This document shows, in pieces, positions 10,014 to 20,572 of a stretch of DNA of 64,000 nt; within the stretch, counting starts at the first letter, position 1, and each line of letters opens with the position of its first letter. Source of the DNA: an uncultured Planctomycetota bacterium (lineage in GTDB: Bacteria > Planctomycetota > Planctomycetia > Isosphaerales > Isosphaeraceae); contig CAVTTN010000002.1 in NCBI GenBank assembly GCA_963737655.1, positions 4,288,001-4,352,000 of the forward strand, read 5' to 3'. A program made the translations under genes and the position numbers. The notes beneath the pieces were generated by a model. The model was not told where the DNA came from, made no database searches, and was given only the letters and a program-made list of their open reading frames with translations.

Positions 10014-10505
10014 ATCCTGCGGCCTTCGTCCGCTCCCGACGGGGCGTGAACGGGGGCCGGGGACGACTTGCCCGCCGGCCCGGCGCGGCGTAGCCTGAGT
10101 GTGGCGCGGGCCTCCCGGCCGTCTCCACCTTGGTGCTCCCTGCCCGTAGGTTAGCCTGGCCCGAGAGGTCGTGATCCGGTCATTGGCGACGCCCCGCGAG
10201 CCGACTCGCGGGGATGTTCCCGTCGAAGAGACTGCAAGCGTAACCGACTCCCCTCTCGGCCCGCGCCTCGTCCGCCGCTCTTGAATCCGTCGGATCGCCA
10301 CCCGGACCTCGCCGCTGCCCAGCCACAAAGCCTGGGGTTGGGGTAGTGTCGCGCGTCGATGGCCGTTCCAAGCCAAAGAGTTCACGAAGAGGCGGCGTTC
10401 AGAGGCTGTCGGTAAGCTCTGTTCTGAAAATGGGACCGACCGGATTGCCAGATCGCCGACACCCTGCCCATTGTCATGGTCTCAGGGTGCCGCTCGCGGC
10501 ATGGC

Positions 10506-10604
10506 GACTAACACAGAAGCCCAGCGGGCCGGGCCGCCGACTTGTCGATGATAACACGAGAAGCGCCGCCGCAGTGCGGGTTCCGCCGCGGCGCGAGGTT
10601 AACC
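10506..10604 (-). other. Degenerate attC site (99 bp)
   Basis: Minus strand GGTTAAC-CTCGC-GCCGCGGCGGAACC ... GGCCCGCTGGGC-TTCTGT-GTTAGTC. Same length and layout as the site at 9915-10013. Confidence 0.65.
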
Positions 10605-10726
10605 ATTCCGTCCGCTGCGCGGACCCCCCGGGGTGGGGAACTGGCGGCCGGGGACGCGGAGCATCTCGCAAAGGGGACTCGCGGTGGACCGACCGGCCCC
10701 GGCGCGGAAACCGGGGCCGAAGGCAC

Positions 10727-12375
10727 CTACCTCCCGGCGAGGTTCATCGCCTTCCTCACCAACTCGGCGAACTCGCGACGGTAGCCCCTGGGGTCGTCGG
10801 CCTCGCTGGTCTCGGCGAGTTCCAGCGCGGACGCGAACGTCGCCTTCCCCGGGTGCGGGGATTTGCGGAGGAGCATCCCGAATTCGGCCACGGCCGCGGC
10901 GAACCGGAAGTCGGACGAGGCGGAGGAGGCATCCTTGCCCTCGTCGATCACGCCCTTCTCGACCTCGCGGCTGTCGTCGGCGTCGGGGGCCTTGAACCGG
11001 AGTTTCACGGTCATCAACTCGTTGCTGGTCCCGGCGGCCGGCGGGGCGGCGGGCGCCTCGGAGGGCTTCTGCTGATATTTCAGAGGGCCCGGGTCGATGC
11101 CGGGGACGACCTCCTGACCCGGCGGCACGATCTCGTAGAGGGCCGTGACCGAATGCCCCGCGCCGATCTCCCCGGCGTCCTTCGTGTCGTCGCGGAAGTC
11201 CTCGTTCTTCAGGGCGCGATTCTCGTAGCCGATCAGCCGGTAGGCGGCGACGCGGGCCGGGTTGAACTCGACCTGGATCTTGACGTCCTTGGCCACCGTG
11301 ACCAGCGTCCCGCCGACCTGTTCGACGAGGACCTTCCGGGCCTCCTGCAGCGAATCCAGATAGGCATAATTGCCGTTCCCCTTGTCGGCCAGCGCCTCCA
11401 TCTTCCCGTCCTGGAGGTTCCCCTGCCCCACCCCGAGGACGCTCAGGAAGACGCCCGTCTTGCGCTTCTCCTCGATCAGGCGCACGAGCTCCGCTTCGCT
11501 CGTCACGCCGACGTTGAAGTCGCCGTCGGTGGCGAGGATCACGCGGTTGACCCCGCCGGGGATGAAGTTCCGGATGGCCACGTCGTAGGCGAGCCGGATG
11601 CCCGCGCCGCCGTTGGTGGAGCCGCCGGGCTGGAGGCCGTCGAGGGCCGAGAGGATTTCCCCCTTGTTCTCGGCCGAGGTCGAGGGTAGGGCCAGCCCGT
11701 CGGCCCCGGCGTAGACGACGATCGCCACCCGGTCGTTCTCGACGAGGTTCTCGACGAGCATCCTCATGGCGGGCTTGAGCAGCCCCAGCTTGTTCGGCGC
11801 GGCCATCGACCCGGAGACGTCCAGCAGGAACACGAGGTTCGACGCGGGCCGCTTCGTCGCGTCGACCTCGCGGGCCTTCAGGTTGATCCGGGCCAAGCGA
11901 TGCCCGGGGCTCCAGGGGCACCCGGCGACCTCCACGTTCACGCCGAAGGAGCCGCCGGCGGGCGGCGCGGGGTCATGATAGGGGAAGTAATTGATCATTT
12001 CCTCGACGCGGACGGCATCGGGCGGCGGCAGGGCGTTCTGGGTCAGGAACCGCCGGACGTTCGCATAGGAAGCGGTGTCCACGTCGATCGAGAACGTGGA
12101 GAGCGGGTCCTTCGCCACGGTGCGGAAGGCGTGATCGGCGACCTTCGCATACGACTCGCCGGACGGCTGCTCGGCGACACTCCCGGAGAACTTCTCGTAA
12201 GCCTCCTTGGACGATTTGGGGGCGGAGGCCGTGGCCATCCCGCCTTCGGGGGCCGGGCCCGCCCCGGGAGTGCCCTTCATCATCGCCTTGTCGTTGAGAC
12301 CCTCGCCGCACCCCCCAGGATCGACGCGAGGCCGATCAGGGCCGCGACAGCCATCGGCCGGGCGCTTGCGTGCAT
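10727..12375 (-). CDS. YfbK-like von Willebrand factor A lipoprotein (vWF_A + VWA + DUF3520), frameshift in the G-run near 12313
   Basis: [20 protein letters not shown] (MIDAS), [19 protein letters not shown]. One extra G restores the signal peptide and lipobox [23 protein letters not shown]. Confidence 0.9.
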
Positions 12376-12555
12376 GGACGTTTCCCCCGGGTCCGAATTC
12401 GAGATGAGATGATGACGCCTCCGACGGCCGGACAGGCCGAAAGGGTTCGGAGGCCAACCTCAGGGTACGGAGTCGATCGGCCGGCCCGCGAATGATTTCC
12501 CTCGAATTTCGGGGGCGACTCCGCCCGAGGTCCAGATCAGCCGCTCGGCCCGTCA

Positions 12556-12834
12556 TCATCGCCGAGACGGCTTCTCGGGCGCCCGGTCCTTGAGCAGGGC
12601 CAGCACGACCAGGCCGATGAGCGACAGCAGGCCCATGAGTCCCCAGGCCGGACTCCGGCCCTTCGCCTTGGCGTACATCGCCAGGCCGGAGATGAGCAGC
12701 ACCGTCCCGACCAGGAGCACCACGACCCCGAGGGTCTCCTGGTCGGGATTGGCCCGCATCAGGTTGCCGGCGATCTGGAGGATCAGGCCCGGGATGCCCA
12801 GGGCGAGGCTGATGTTGTTGTAGCGAGCGATCAC
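12556..12834 (-). CDS. Small three-TM membrane protein
   Basis: GTG start after [35 protein letters not shown] motif. Confidence 0.75.
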   Translation of the reverse strand: MIARYNNISLALGIPGLILQIAGNLMRANPDQETLGVVVLLVGTVLLISGLAMYAKAKGRSPAWGLMGLLSLIGLVVLALLKDRAPEKPSRR

Positions 12835-13033
12835 GCGACCCGTCCTCCCGAGGCCCTCGGCCCCACGGCCGCCGGACGGGTCAACGCCGTCGCATTCGCC
12901 GGACCGGGGGGGAAAGGCGGGGCTTATCCTGATGCGAGAGGGCCGACGGGTCAATGGCCCTGTGCCCATACCCCCCGTGCCCGGCCTCCGGCCTCGACCG
13001 ACGATGGCATCGGCGATGGAGTCGAAGCGGAGG

Positions 13034-14478
13034 CTTAGTGCTACTCCGTTAGCTGCTTTGGAGGGTCTGCGGACCGGCAGTATGGGCAATCATGCCGGCA
13101 GATCGGCACCAGCAGCCTCTGGAGCCCGCGACGGATCGCCGGCACCGTGATCACCGGCTCGGGATCCCCTTTTTTCCCGGCCGGGCCGGGGCACGCTTCG
13201 CTCGCAGCCGCTCCAACGCCAGGAAGCCGTAGGCCGGCATCACCGGGCAGGCGTGGTGGTGGAACCCCCGCCACGAGCGGCCCTCGAAGTGGTCCAGCCC
13301 GAGTCCCTCCTTCATCTGCTGGTCGCCCTGCTCGACCGGCCAGCGGCTCCGCCACAGGCGGACCGCCGCGATCCGGGACGTGCCCGCCGGCAGGTTGCTG
13401 AAGGCGTATTTGATCTGGCCGTCGGCCTGCTCCTCGATCAGGAGCCAGATCGGCCCGGCCCCGGCGCACTCCCCCGTGGCCCAGCCCCCGGCAGGCCGGA
13501 CCCGCAGCCAGGAGAAGCGGCCTGACATCGGGCCCTTGGTCCCCTCGCGCCACGTCACCTTGGGCCGGGGCGTCTGCCCGGCCAACTCCTTGAGGCTGAC
13601 CGGCCGCGGCGACTCGTCGGTGAGCCGGCGTCGCTTCTGCGGGCGGCCGCCGGCGGCGGCCTTCGGCTCGACCCAGCGCGGCTCCTCGGCGAAGACGACC
13701 ATCTCGTCGGTGACGCCGACGACGTCGTGCAGGCCCCGCTCGGCCAGGCCATCGCGGAACGGCCCCGAGACCCCGTAGCCGGAGTCCGCCACGACGACCT
13801 GCCCCGGCAGGCCCTCGGCGCGGGCCTGGTCGAGCAACTCCAACGCGATCTGCCCCTTGCTCCGGGGGCGGCGGGCCTCCTCCGGGACGCCGGCCCGGTC
13901 GAGGCGATCCGGCTCGGCGAGCCACGACTCGGGCAGGTAGAGCCGCATGTTCAGCGGGTAGTGCCCCTCCGGGGCGACGTCGTGCACCGAGACGGCGCAC
14001 TGGCAGTTGGCCGTCTCGCCCAGGGCGCCGCAGTACTGCCGCTGAACGCCGACGGAGTGCTTGCCCTGCTTGGGGAAGGTCGTGTCGTCGATGACGAAGA
14101 TCCCCGCCGGGTCGGCGAATGCCTCGGCCATCCGCGCGCGGTAGCGTCGCCACACGGCCCGGTCGTCCCAGGTGCTCTGGCTGACGAACTGCTGGAGGGC
14201 CTGGTCGGGGTCGGCGACGGTGAGGCCGGCGGGCAGCGGGACGGCGCGGGCCATCGGCTCGATGCTCTTGCGGTCGGCGTCCTGGAGCAGGCCGCGGAGG
14301 TAGACGCCGCACCACTGGCCCTGGCGGGGCCGGTTGAAGTCGTCGCGGAATCCGGCGGCGTAGTCGCCGAGCCGGTCGAGCACGTCGGGGTCGAGTTCGG
14401 GGGTGTAGGTCCGGTTCGTACTATCGGTACGAACCGGACCGGCGAACCGTTCGTAGGATCTAACGGAGTAGCACTAAG
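13034..14478 (-). mobile_element. IS701-family insertion sequence
   Basis: Perfect 19-bp IR CTTAGTGCTACTCCGTTAG at 13034-13052 and 14460-14478 (includes the target TA bases), flanking a DDE transposase. Confidence 0.92.
13151..14419 (-). CDS. IS701-family transposase (start codon appears as ACG; -1 frame extension to 13041)
   Basis: RKSIEPMA, VIDDTTFPKQGKHSVGVQRQYCG, VVADSGYG, RWPVEQ..LGLDHFEGRSW. Confidence 0.9.
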   Translation of the reverse strand, partial: TNRTYTPELDPDVLDRLGDYAAGFRDDFNRPRQGQWCGVYLRGLLQDADRKSIEPMARAVPLPAGLTVADPDQALQQFVSQSTWDDRAVWRRYRARMAEAFADPAGIFVIDDTTFPKQGKHSVGVQRQYCGALGETANCQCAVSVHDVAPEGHYPLNMRLYLPESWLAEPDRLDRAGVPEEARRPRSKGQIALELLDQARAEGLPGQVVVADSGYGVSGPFRDGLAERGLHDVVGVTDEMVVFAEEPRWVEPKAAAGGRPQKRRRLTDESPRPVSLKELAGQTPRPKVTWREGTKGPMSGRFSWLRVRPAGGWATGECAGAGPIWLLIEEQADGQIKYAFSNLPAGTSRIAAVRLWRSRWPVEQGDQQMKEGLGLDHFEGRSWRGFHHHACPVMPAYGFLALERLRAKRAPARPGKKGIPSR

Positions 14479-14715
14479 AAACGGGTCCGTGGTCCCGTTG
14501 TAGAGCTTCAAGCTCAACTGGACCGTGTCGGCGACGGCCGCCCGACCGTCGTTCTGCGGGTCCGCGTTCGGCTTGGTCTTGTCCTGCCGATTCTTCGCCG
14601 GGGCTGCCGCGTCTTGGGCCTTCACGCTCCCGGGCGTCAGCCTGACCAAGGCAAGAACGCCGAAGGCGGTCGCAAGGAGCACCGCCGCCAACCACGGGAA
14701 ACAACGACTGCTCAT
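14479..14715 (-). pseudogene. Secreted-protein gene interrupted by IS701
   Basis: Signal peptide MSSRCFPWLAAVLLATAFGVLALV...VKA-QD. The reading frame runs straight into the IS701 IR. Confidence 0.55.
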
Positions 14716-15144
14716 TGGGTCCTCCCGGAACGTCGCTCGAACTCGGACGAACCCGCCCCGGCCCCGAATCCGGGTACAGGCCAAGGCCCGCCCCGTCTGC
14801 CCGAGCGGCCGACGAGCGTTCCCGGAATTCCTTTGGATCTGCTCGACGCAGTAGGTGCCCGGCAGCCTCGAGGCGGGATCGCGAGGTCGGGACTCGCTCC
14901 CGGCCCATCGCCGGGAGCGAGTCACCGGCGATCCCCAACTGATACGGTCGGAGATGCGACGGGTCCGGCCTCCGATCGGGGGGCGCTTGGCCGGGGGTCG
15001 AACGTTGCTCGAGGAGGGGGCGGGGCACGACCATCTCGAAATCTCGCGGGTCCGCGCGGATTTCTTTTGCATCGGGGAAACACCCGTGCGATCGTGTGAA
15101 TACTTGAACACATTATTTTATAACAATATGTCACATAGACAGAT

Positions 15145-16214
15145 ATAAAGTCCGCTTCCCTCTGGGCCGCGCTCGCCGTCTCGGCCCTTGCCGCGCCGGC
15201 CTCGGCCGACTACGTCTTCACCCGCATCGCCGACACGAGCGGGGCCCTGGTCGACACGTCCTATGCCCCGAGCCTCAACAACTCCGGCACCGCCGCCTTC
15301 TACGCGGTCAGGAACGACGCCAACTACAGCCAGGCCATCTACACCGGCAGCGGCGGGGCACTGACGACCATCGCCCAGACCGGGGGCGCCTTCAGCCGCT
15401 TGCTCCGGGATCCCATGATCAGCGACTCCGGGACCGTGGCCTTCAATGCCACCCCGACAGCCGGGGGCGACGGCATCTACACCGGCAGCGGCGGGGGCCT
15501 GACGACCATCGCGACGACCAGCCCGACGATCCGGAGGTTCGGCGACCCGTCGATCAACGCCTCCGATACCGGCGCCTACACCGTGCTGCCTAAAGACTTG
15601 CGGTTCCAGTCGATCGTCACCAGCGACGGCAAGACCATCGCCGGCCCGACCGACTTCGGCGGCGGCTTCGAAGACCGCACCAGCATCAACGCCTCGGGCA
15701 CCGTCTCGTCGATCGGCAGCTACACCGACGCCCACGGCGTCTTCGTCTCGGCGGTCTTCACCGGCAGCGGCGGGGCGTTGACCACGATCGCCAGCAGCAG
15801 CCCCGGCCCGATCAGCTACTCGGGCCTGGGGCAGACCGCCATCAACGATTCGGGCGTCGTCGCCTTCACGGCCAAACTCACCGACGACTCGACCGCGCTC
15901 TACACCGGCAGCGGTGGGGCGCTGACCACGATCGCCACGACCGGGGCGACCGTCAACGGGATCTTCGGCGCGATGGGCAATCGGCTCATCGGCGCCGGGG
16001 ATGCGCTGGACGGCTCGACCGTCACGGGCCTCCAGTTCGGCAACAAAGGGCTGAACGACTCCGGGTCGTTCGCCTTCTCCGCCTTCCTGGACGACGGGCG
16101 GGTCGGGATCTATCGCGGGGCTTCCGGGCGGTCCCGGAGCCGACCAGCCTCGCCCTGCTCGCCGCCGGCGGCCTGGCCCGCCTCGCGCGTCGGCTCCGGC
16201 GGCCGAGGTCGTGA
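15145..16214 (+). pseudogene. PEP-CTERM surface protein with NxxGxxAF tandem repeats (start codon lost; frameshift near 16125)
   Basis: Signal peptide KSASLWAALAVSALAAPASA; repeats LNNSGTAAF, INDSGVVAF and YTGSGGALTTIA. AVPEPTSLALLAAGGLARLARRLRR* lies in a shifted frame. Confidence 0.8.
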
Positions 16215-16693
16215 AGCGGCCGCGATCCCGTCCCGCCAAAGCGTCCTCGATCCCCTCCCGGATCGCGTCCACCCTCGCGCCGTCGCCGGCCTCCCGGGTC
16301 GCGTCCTCGACCCCCGCCTCCGCCAGGATCGCGGCGACGATCGGCGCCTCCCTCGGCGAGAGCGACCCCGAATCGCGGAGCATGACCAGGGCGCCGACGA
16401 GGGCCGGGTCGGGGGCGACCCATCCCGCCTTGATCGCGCGGAGGGTCGATCGGAGGCCCGACCCCCGGTTCCCGGGGTGGCGGAGCCAGTCGAGGGCCGG
16501 CGGCAGTCCGACGGAGGGGCCGAGGCCGAGGGCCCGGGCCGGGGGGCGGGTCGCGAGCATGGTGAGGGGAGTCCGGAGGGTGGGAGGGGACCTGGCGGGG
16601 GCGCGGTGAGGGCGCGGAAAACGGGCCGATCGGGGATTTTTCGCGGGCCCGGGGTTTCCCTGAACGTCCAGGGAATCGCCCGGAGGAAGGCGG

Positions 16694-17017
16694 TCACTCC
16701 GGCTCGGGCGGGTCCGGCCCGACGGGGAGCCAGGGATGGCGAGCGGCCCGCTCGTATTTGGACCGCATGCCGACGCACCACTCGGCCCTCCGGCGAACCC
16801 GCTCAGCCTCCGGCCCGGTCGGGCGAGATTCGAGGCCGAGGGCCTGGGACCGGGCCCGCGCGACGGCCGCCACGACCTGTTCGCAGGCGTCGAACGACTC
16901 CGCCTTTTCGCGGAAGCGGGCGGCCCGGAGCTTCATGGCCGTGCCCCAGGCGACCAGCCCCGAGGCCGCCACCGCGACCATCAGCGACCGCACGGTGAGC
17001 CGGAATCGGGGCTTCAT
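16694..17017 (-). CDS. Small membrane-anchored protein, 'KYERAARxPWLPVxPDPP' family
   Basis: RFRLTVRSLMVAVA N-terminus and KYERAARHPWLPVGPDPPEPE C-terminus; paralogue of the adjacent gene. Confidence 0.8.
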   Translation of the reverse strand: MKPRFRLTVRSLMVAVAASGLVAWGTAMKLRAARFREKAESFDACEQVVAAVARARSQALGLESRPTGPEAERVRRRAEWCVGMRSKYERAARHPWLPVGPDPPEPE

Positions 17018-17021
17018 GGCG

Positions 17022-17354
17022 TCACTCCGGGAAGGGCGCCGGCAAGGGAGGGTCGGGCGCCACCGGGAGCCAGGGACGGCGGGCCGCCCGCTCGTACTTC
17101 CGCCGCATCGCGTCGAAATAGTCCCGCCGCCGCTCCATCTCCCCCCGGATGGCCCTGTCGATCATGGCCAGTTCCTCCGCCGTCTCCGCCACCGGCCCCG
17201 CCCTGACGACGATCGGAACCCGGGCGGCCCACCGCGAGGCCGTGGCCCGATGGCCCAGGGAGGTCCGACACATCCGCTCCCCCCAGAGGCCGACGGCCGC
17301 GACCGCCACGGCGACCATCAACCATCGGATCGTGAACCGAATTCGGAACTTCAT
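17022..17354 (-). CDS. Small membrane-anchored protein, same family
   Basis: RFTIRWLMVAVAVAAV ... KYERAARRPWLPVAPDPP. Confidence 0.8.
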   Translation of the reverse strand: MKFRIRFTIRWLMVAVAVAAVGLWGERMCRTSLGHRATASRWAARVPIVVRAGPVAETAEELAMIDRAIRGEMERRRDYFDAMRRKYERAARRPWLPVAPDPPLPAPFPE

Positions 17355-17394
17355 CGCCTCGCTTCGGCTCGGTAGGGTCCGGCTCGACCGGCGG

Positions 17395-17727
17395 TCAGGG
17401 GCGGCCGGGGAGATCCCCGCACACATGCCTCCTGGCGTACCGGGCCGTCGGGGACTCGCGGAGCGGTGGCGGCACGAGCCAGGACCTCCGGGCCAGGGCC
17501 TCCCAGTGGCCTCGCTCCTCCTCCAGGAGCGAGCGGACGGCCGGCCCGTCGCGGCCGTCGCCACGCCGCTCCATCTCGGACAGGACCGCAAGGCGTCGCA
17601 TCGTCGACTCCAGCCGGGGGCGGGCTTCCCTGGCCTGCACCTCCCAGCGAGACCAGGCCAGGGCGAGGGCCTGGATCGCGGCCAGCGCCATCCACGAGCG
17701 GACGGTGAACCGGAAACCGGGCATCAT
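17395..17727 (-). CDS. Divergent third member of the tandem family
   Basis: FRFTVRSWMALAAIQALALAW N-terminus; degenerate C-terminus. Confidence 0.55.
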   Translation of the reverse strand: MMPGFRFTVRSWMALAAIQALALAWSRWEVQAREARPRLESTMRRLAVLSEMERRGDGRDGPAVRSLLEEERGHWEALARRSWLVPPPLRESPTARYARRHVCGDLPGRP

Positions 17728-18084
17728 GGCCTCGCTCCGAGGGGCCGCGTCGACACGCCGGGGCGAGGATCGCCGATCGGCGGCATCGGGTCATCGGCGA
17801 TCCATCCCTCACGAAGATGCCCCCCTCGGCCGGACGCCCCGATCGGCCAGCCACTGGCGGAGCGAGCCCAGGCGATCGTGAGGGATGGCGGGCCGAGGCG
17901 GGGCCGCGAGGCTGGGCGGGGGTGACGGCATCGGACCCCGATCCTTGATCGCATCGCCCGAGCCTCTCTGCTCCCGACAATCCCGGCCCACGATGTTGAG
18001 GATCGCCCCTGACGCCCGTCCGATCCGCCCATCCCCCGAGCATGCGCCCGGATCTGAACTGGCGTCGACGCTACTGGCCGGGGG

Positions 18085-18459
18085 TCAGGGGCCGAAGATC
18101 CCGGCGGCGGCCTGCTTCGCGAGGTGGCCCAGGACCGCCTTGAGGACCTCGATCGTCAGAGGCACGCCCTTGTCCCGGATCGCGCCCTTGGCCTTCTCCC
18201 ACAGCCCCTTGTCCCTCGCCTCGTCGAGGAACTTGTGGCCCTCCCAGGTCAACGCCGTGGCCCTCCAATCGAATCCGCCGCTGGTCGTGCAGTCGGTGGC
18301 CCCGATCAGCCCAGCGCCCGCCAGGAGCTTGATGTGATACGAGACATCCCGGAACTCGCGTCCCGGGATCTCGACCCGCGCGAACCCTGTCCCGTCGGCC
18401 TCGGGGTCGGCCTCGACGACGAGCAGGATGTCCCGGACCAGGTCCATATCGAGCTTCAT
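18085..18459 (-). CDS. DUF2513-family protein
   Basis: MKLDMDLVRDILL...YHIKLLAGAGLI...LTWEGHKFLD...WEKAK. Confidence 0.85.
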   Translation of the reverse strand: MKLDMDLVRDILLVVEADPEADGTGFARVEIPGREFRDVSYHIKLLAGAGLIGATDCTTSGGFDWRATALTWEGHKFLDEARDKGLWEKAKGAIRDKGVPLTIEVLKAVLGHLAKQAAAGIFGP

Positions 18460-18639
18460 CGGTGGCATCTCCCGGGGGCCTCGGTCGGATCGACGGATGC
18501 GGCCGGGGAGAATGCCAGACCGACGCGCCCGGGACAATCCCAATACGCCCGCCCACGGTTCACGCGAGGGAAGAGCCGGGAGGGGGCCTGAGCCGCGTCG
18601 CCCCCGGGTCCGATAATGGGGATTATGCTGATGTTGCCG

Positions 18640-18973
18640 GGGTGTGGCCGCGGATTCATGTTGTAACCGTCGCGATCGTCACGCCGCGATCGGGAATCCC
18701 GAGCGGTCGATCCGCGACCAGAACTGGTCCCACCTCCCCGCCGTGTACGTCAGGCAACGCAGCGACAGCACCGCCGCCGCCCCCCGCTCCTTCCACCGCA
18801 TGCCCGGCCCGCACAGCCGCTGCTTGACCAGCACCTGGCACGCCGCCTCGGTCACCCCCGAGCGGATGATCGCGGCGGGCATGGCGGGGGCTCCGGCGTC
18901 GGCGTGGGGGCGGCACAGCCCGCACGAAAACCGGCGGAACCGGCAAACTCTACATGATTCCGCGGCCACACCC
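18640..18973 (-). mobile_element. Internally deleted ISKra4-family element (334 bp)
   Basis: 21-bp TIRs GGGTGTGGCCGCGGAWTCATG (20/21) and 6-bp TSD TTGCCG (18634-18639, 18974-18979). Retains the transposase C-terminus SGVTEAAC..LVKQRLCGPGMRW...WDQFW. Confidence 0.85.
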
Positions 18974-19017
18974 TTGCCGAATCGACCAGGTGGCCGATCT
19001 GGCCGGCGGGGTGGATC

Positions 19018-20564
19018 ATGACTGCCTCTCAGAGGCTATCCGGGAAGGAGATTTCCGACCGCGACGAGGGGTAAAGTAGGTCCGACTTCAGTCGGGCCTA
19101 CCCAAAGAACTCCGGGATGTAGGCCCGACTGAAGTCGGACCTACTCATCCTTCGATGTTGGAAGCCCCTTTCCGGATAGCCTCTCAGCGGGCGATCCTCG
19201 AGCAGCTCCGGCAAGAGAACCAGGTGCTCCGCGCCCGAGTCGTCGAGTTGGAGCAGACGGTCCGCGAGGCCCTCGACCGGAACCGGCAGCCCCAGGAGAA
19301 GCTCGATGAGCAGGCGCGTGCGGCGGCCCGCCAGGCCGCCCCGTCCCGCCGCCGCGAGTCCAGGAAGGTCCCTGACGGGTCCAAGAAGCGGCCCGGGCGA
19401 CCCGAGGGCCATCTCGGGGTTCACCGCCCCGTCCCTGACCACGTCGACGACGATGCCGAGGTGCCGCTGGCCGGCTGCCCCGCCTGCGGCGGCCCGGTGG
19501 CCGCCGTGGAGCCGATCGAGCAGTTCATCGAAGAGATCCCCCCGATCCGGCCCCGGGTCACGCGCCTGGTCACCTACCGGGGCGTCTGCCCGGCCTGCGG
19601 CGAGGTCCACAGCTCCCACCCCTTGCAGACCTCGACGGCCACCGGCGCCGCCAGGGCCCAGCTCGGCCCCCGCGCCCATGCCCTGGCGGCCGCCCTGAAC
19701 AAGCAGTTCGGGCTGACCATGCGCAAGGCCTGCCGCGTGCTCCGGCTCCTCGCGGGCCTGAGGCTCAGCCCCGGGGGCCTGGCCCAGGCCGTCCGGCGCA
19801 CCGCCGCGAAGGTCCTCCCGGCCTTCGACGGCCTGGTCGCCGAGGTCCGCGCCGCCGCCGCCGTGTTCGCCGACGAGACGAGCTGGTACGTCGGGGCCCC
19901 GGGGTACTGGCTGTGGACCTTCACGACCGCCGACGCCACGGTCTACCACGTGGACCGGAGCCGCGGCCGGCGGGTAGTGCTGGACATGCTCGGCGAGGAG
20001 TTCGCCGGCGTCCTGGTCAGCGACTGCCTGGCCAGCTACGAGAACCTGCCGTACCGGACGCACAAGTGCCTCGCCCACCACCAGCGGGCGATCGCCGAGG
20101 CGCGGCGCGGCCGGACACGAGCGACCCGGGGCTCCCTGGACGAGTGGAAGCTGCTGTTCACGATGGTCAACGCGCCGTGGAAGCACCGCGAGGCATTGGG
20201 CGAAGGGGAGTTCGCGCGGCAGCGGGGGGCGCTGGAGTCGTGGCTGGACCGGCTGCTGGCCGAGCCGGGGGACGAATCGATCCGGAAGCGGATCGGCAAG
20301 CGTCGCGGGGTGGTGCTGGGCTGCCTGGACGACCCCGCGGCGGAGCCGACGAACAATCGCGCGGAGCGGTCGCTGCGCGACCCCGGGGTGATCGCGCGGA
20401 AGGTCTCGTGCGGGAACAAGACCGAGGCGGGGAAGATCGCGTGGGAGCGACTCGTCAGCCTGGCGATGACCTGCCAGAAGCGAGGTCATGACTTCGTCTC
20501 CTGGCTGGCCGGTTGCTTGCCCCTGGACGCCTCAGCGGTCCCCGTCCCCGCCCCTACCCGCTAA
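19018..20564 (+). CDS. IS66-family transposase, 5' end interrupted by a MITE (alternative start 19155)
   Basis: Coiled-coil N-terminus, KKRPGRPEGH, CPACG zinc finger, ADETSW, LVSDCL, PTNNRAERSLR. The IS end lies at 20559-20572. Confidence 0.9.
19032..19183. mobile_element. 152-bp MITE (IS5-like ends, TCA TSD) carrying a REP doublet
   Basis: TIR GAGGCTATCCGGRAAGG (16/17); TSD TCA at 19029-19031 and 19184-19186. Removing it restores ATG ACT GCC TCT CAG CGG (MTASQRAILE). Confidence 0.88.
19076..19144. repeat. GTAG-type REP doublet (REPIN-like)
   Basis: GTAGGTCCGACTTCAGTCGGGCCTAC and its exact inverse. A second copy of the core lies at about 47417-47484. Confidence 0.85.
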
Positions 20565-20572
20565 ACACGAAC

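Noticed and set aside
10045..10156. Possible fourth attC (GGCTAAC...GTTCACG on the minus strand)
   Set aside because: No L-box pairing or convincing internal inverted repeat.
10399..10420. TCA-GAGGCTGTCGGTAAG, resembling the end of the 19032 MITE
   Set aside because: No partner inverted end was found nearby, and the match is too short to call.
15340..15940. Recurrent ACCGGCAGCGGCGGGGC..ACCATCGC motif as a CRISPR-like array
   Set aside because: The repeats are in-frame protein repeats (TGSGGALTTIA) with degenerate third positions, and there are no cas genes.
16215..16560. Minus-strand ORF MLATRPPARALG...
   Set aside because: It may be a gene remnant, but it has no recognisable motif and no stop before running antisense through the PEP-CTERM gene.
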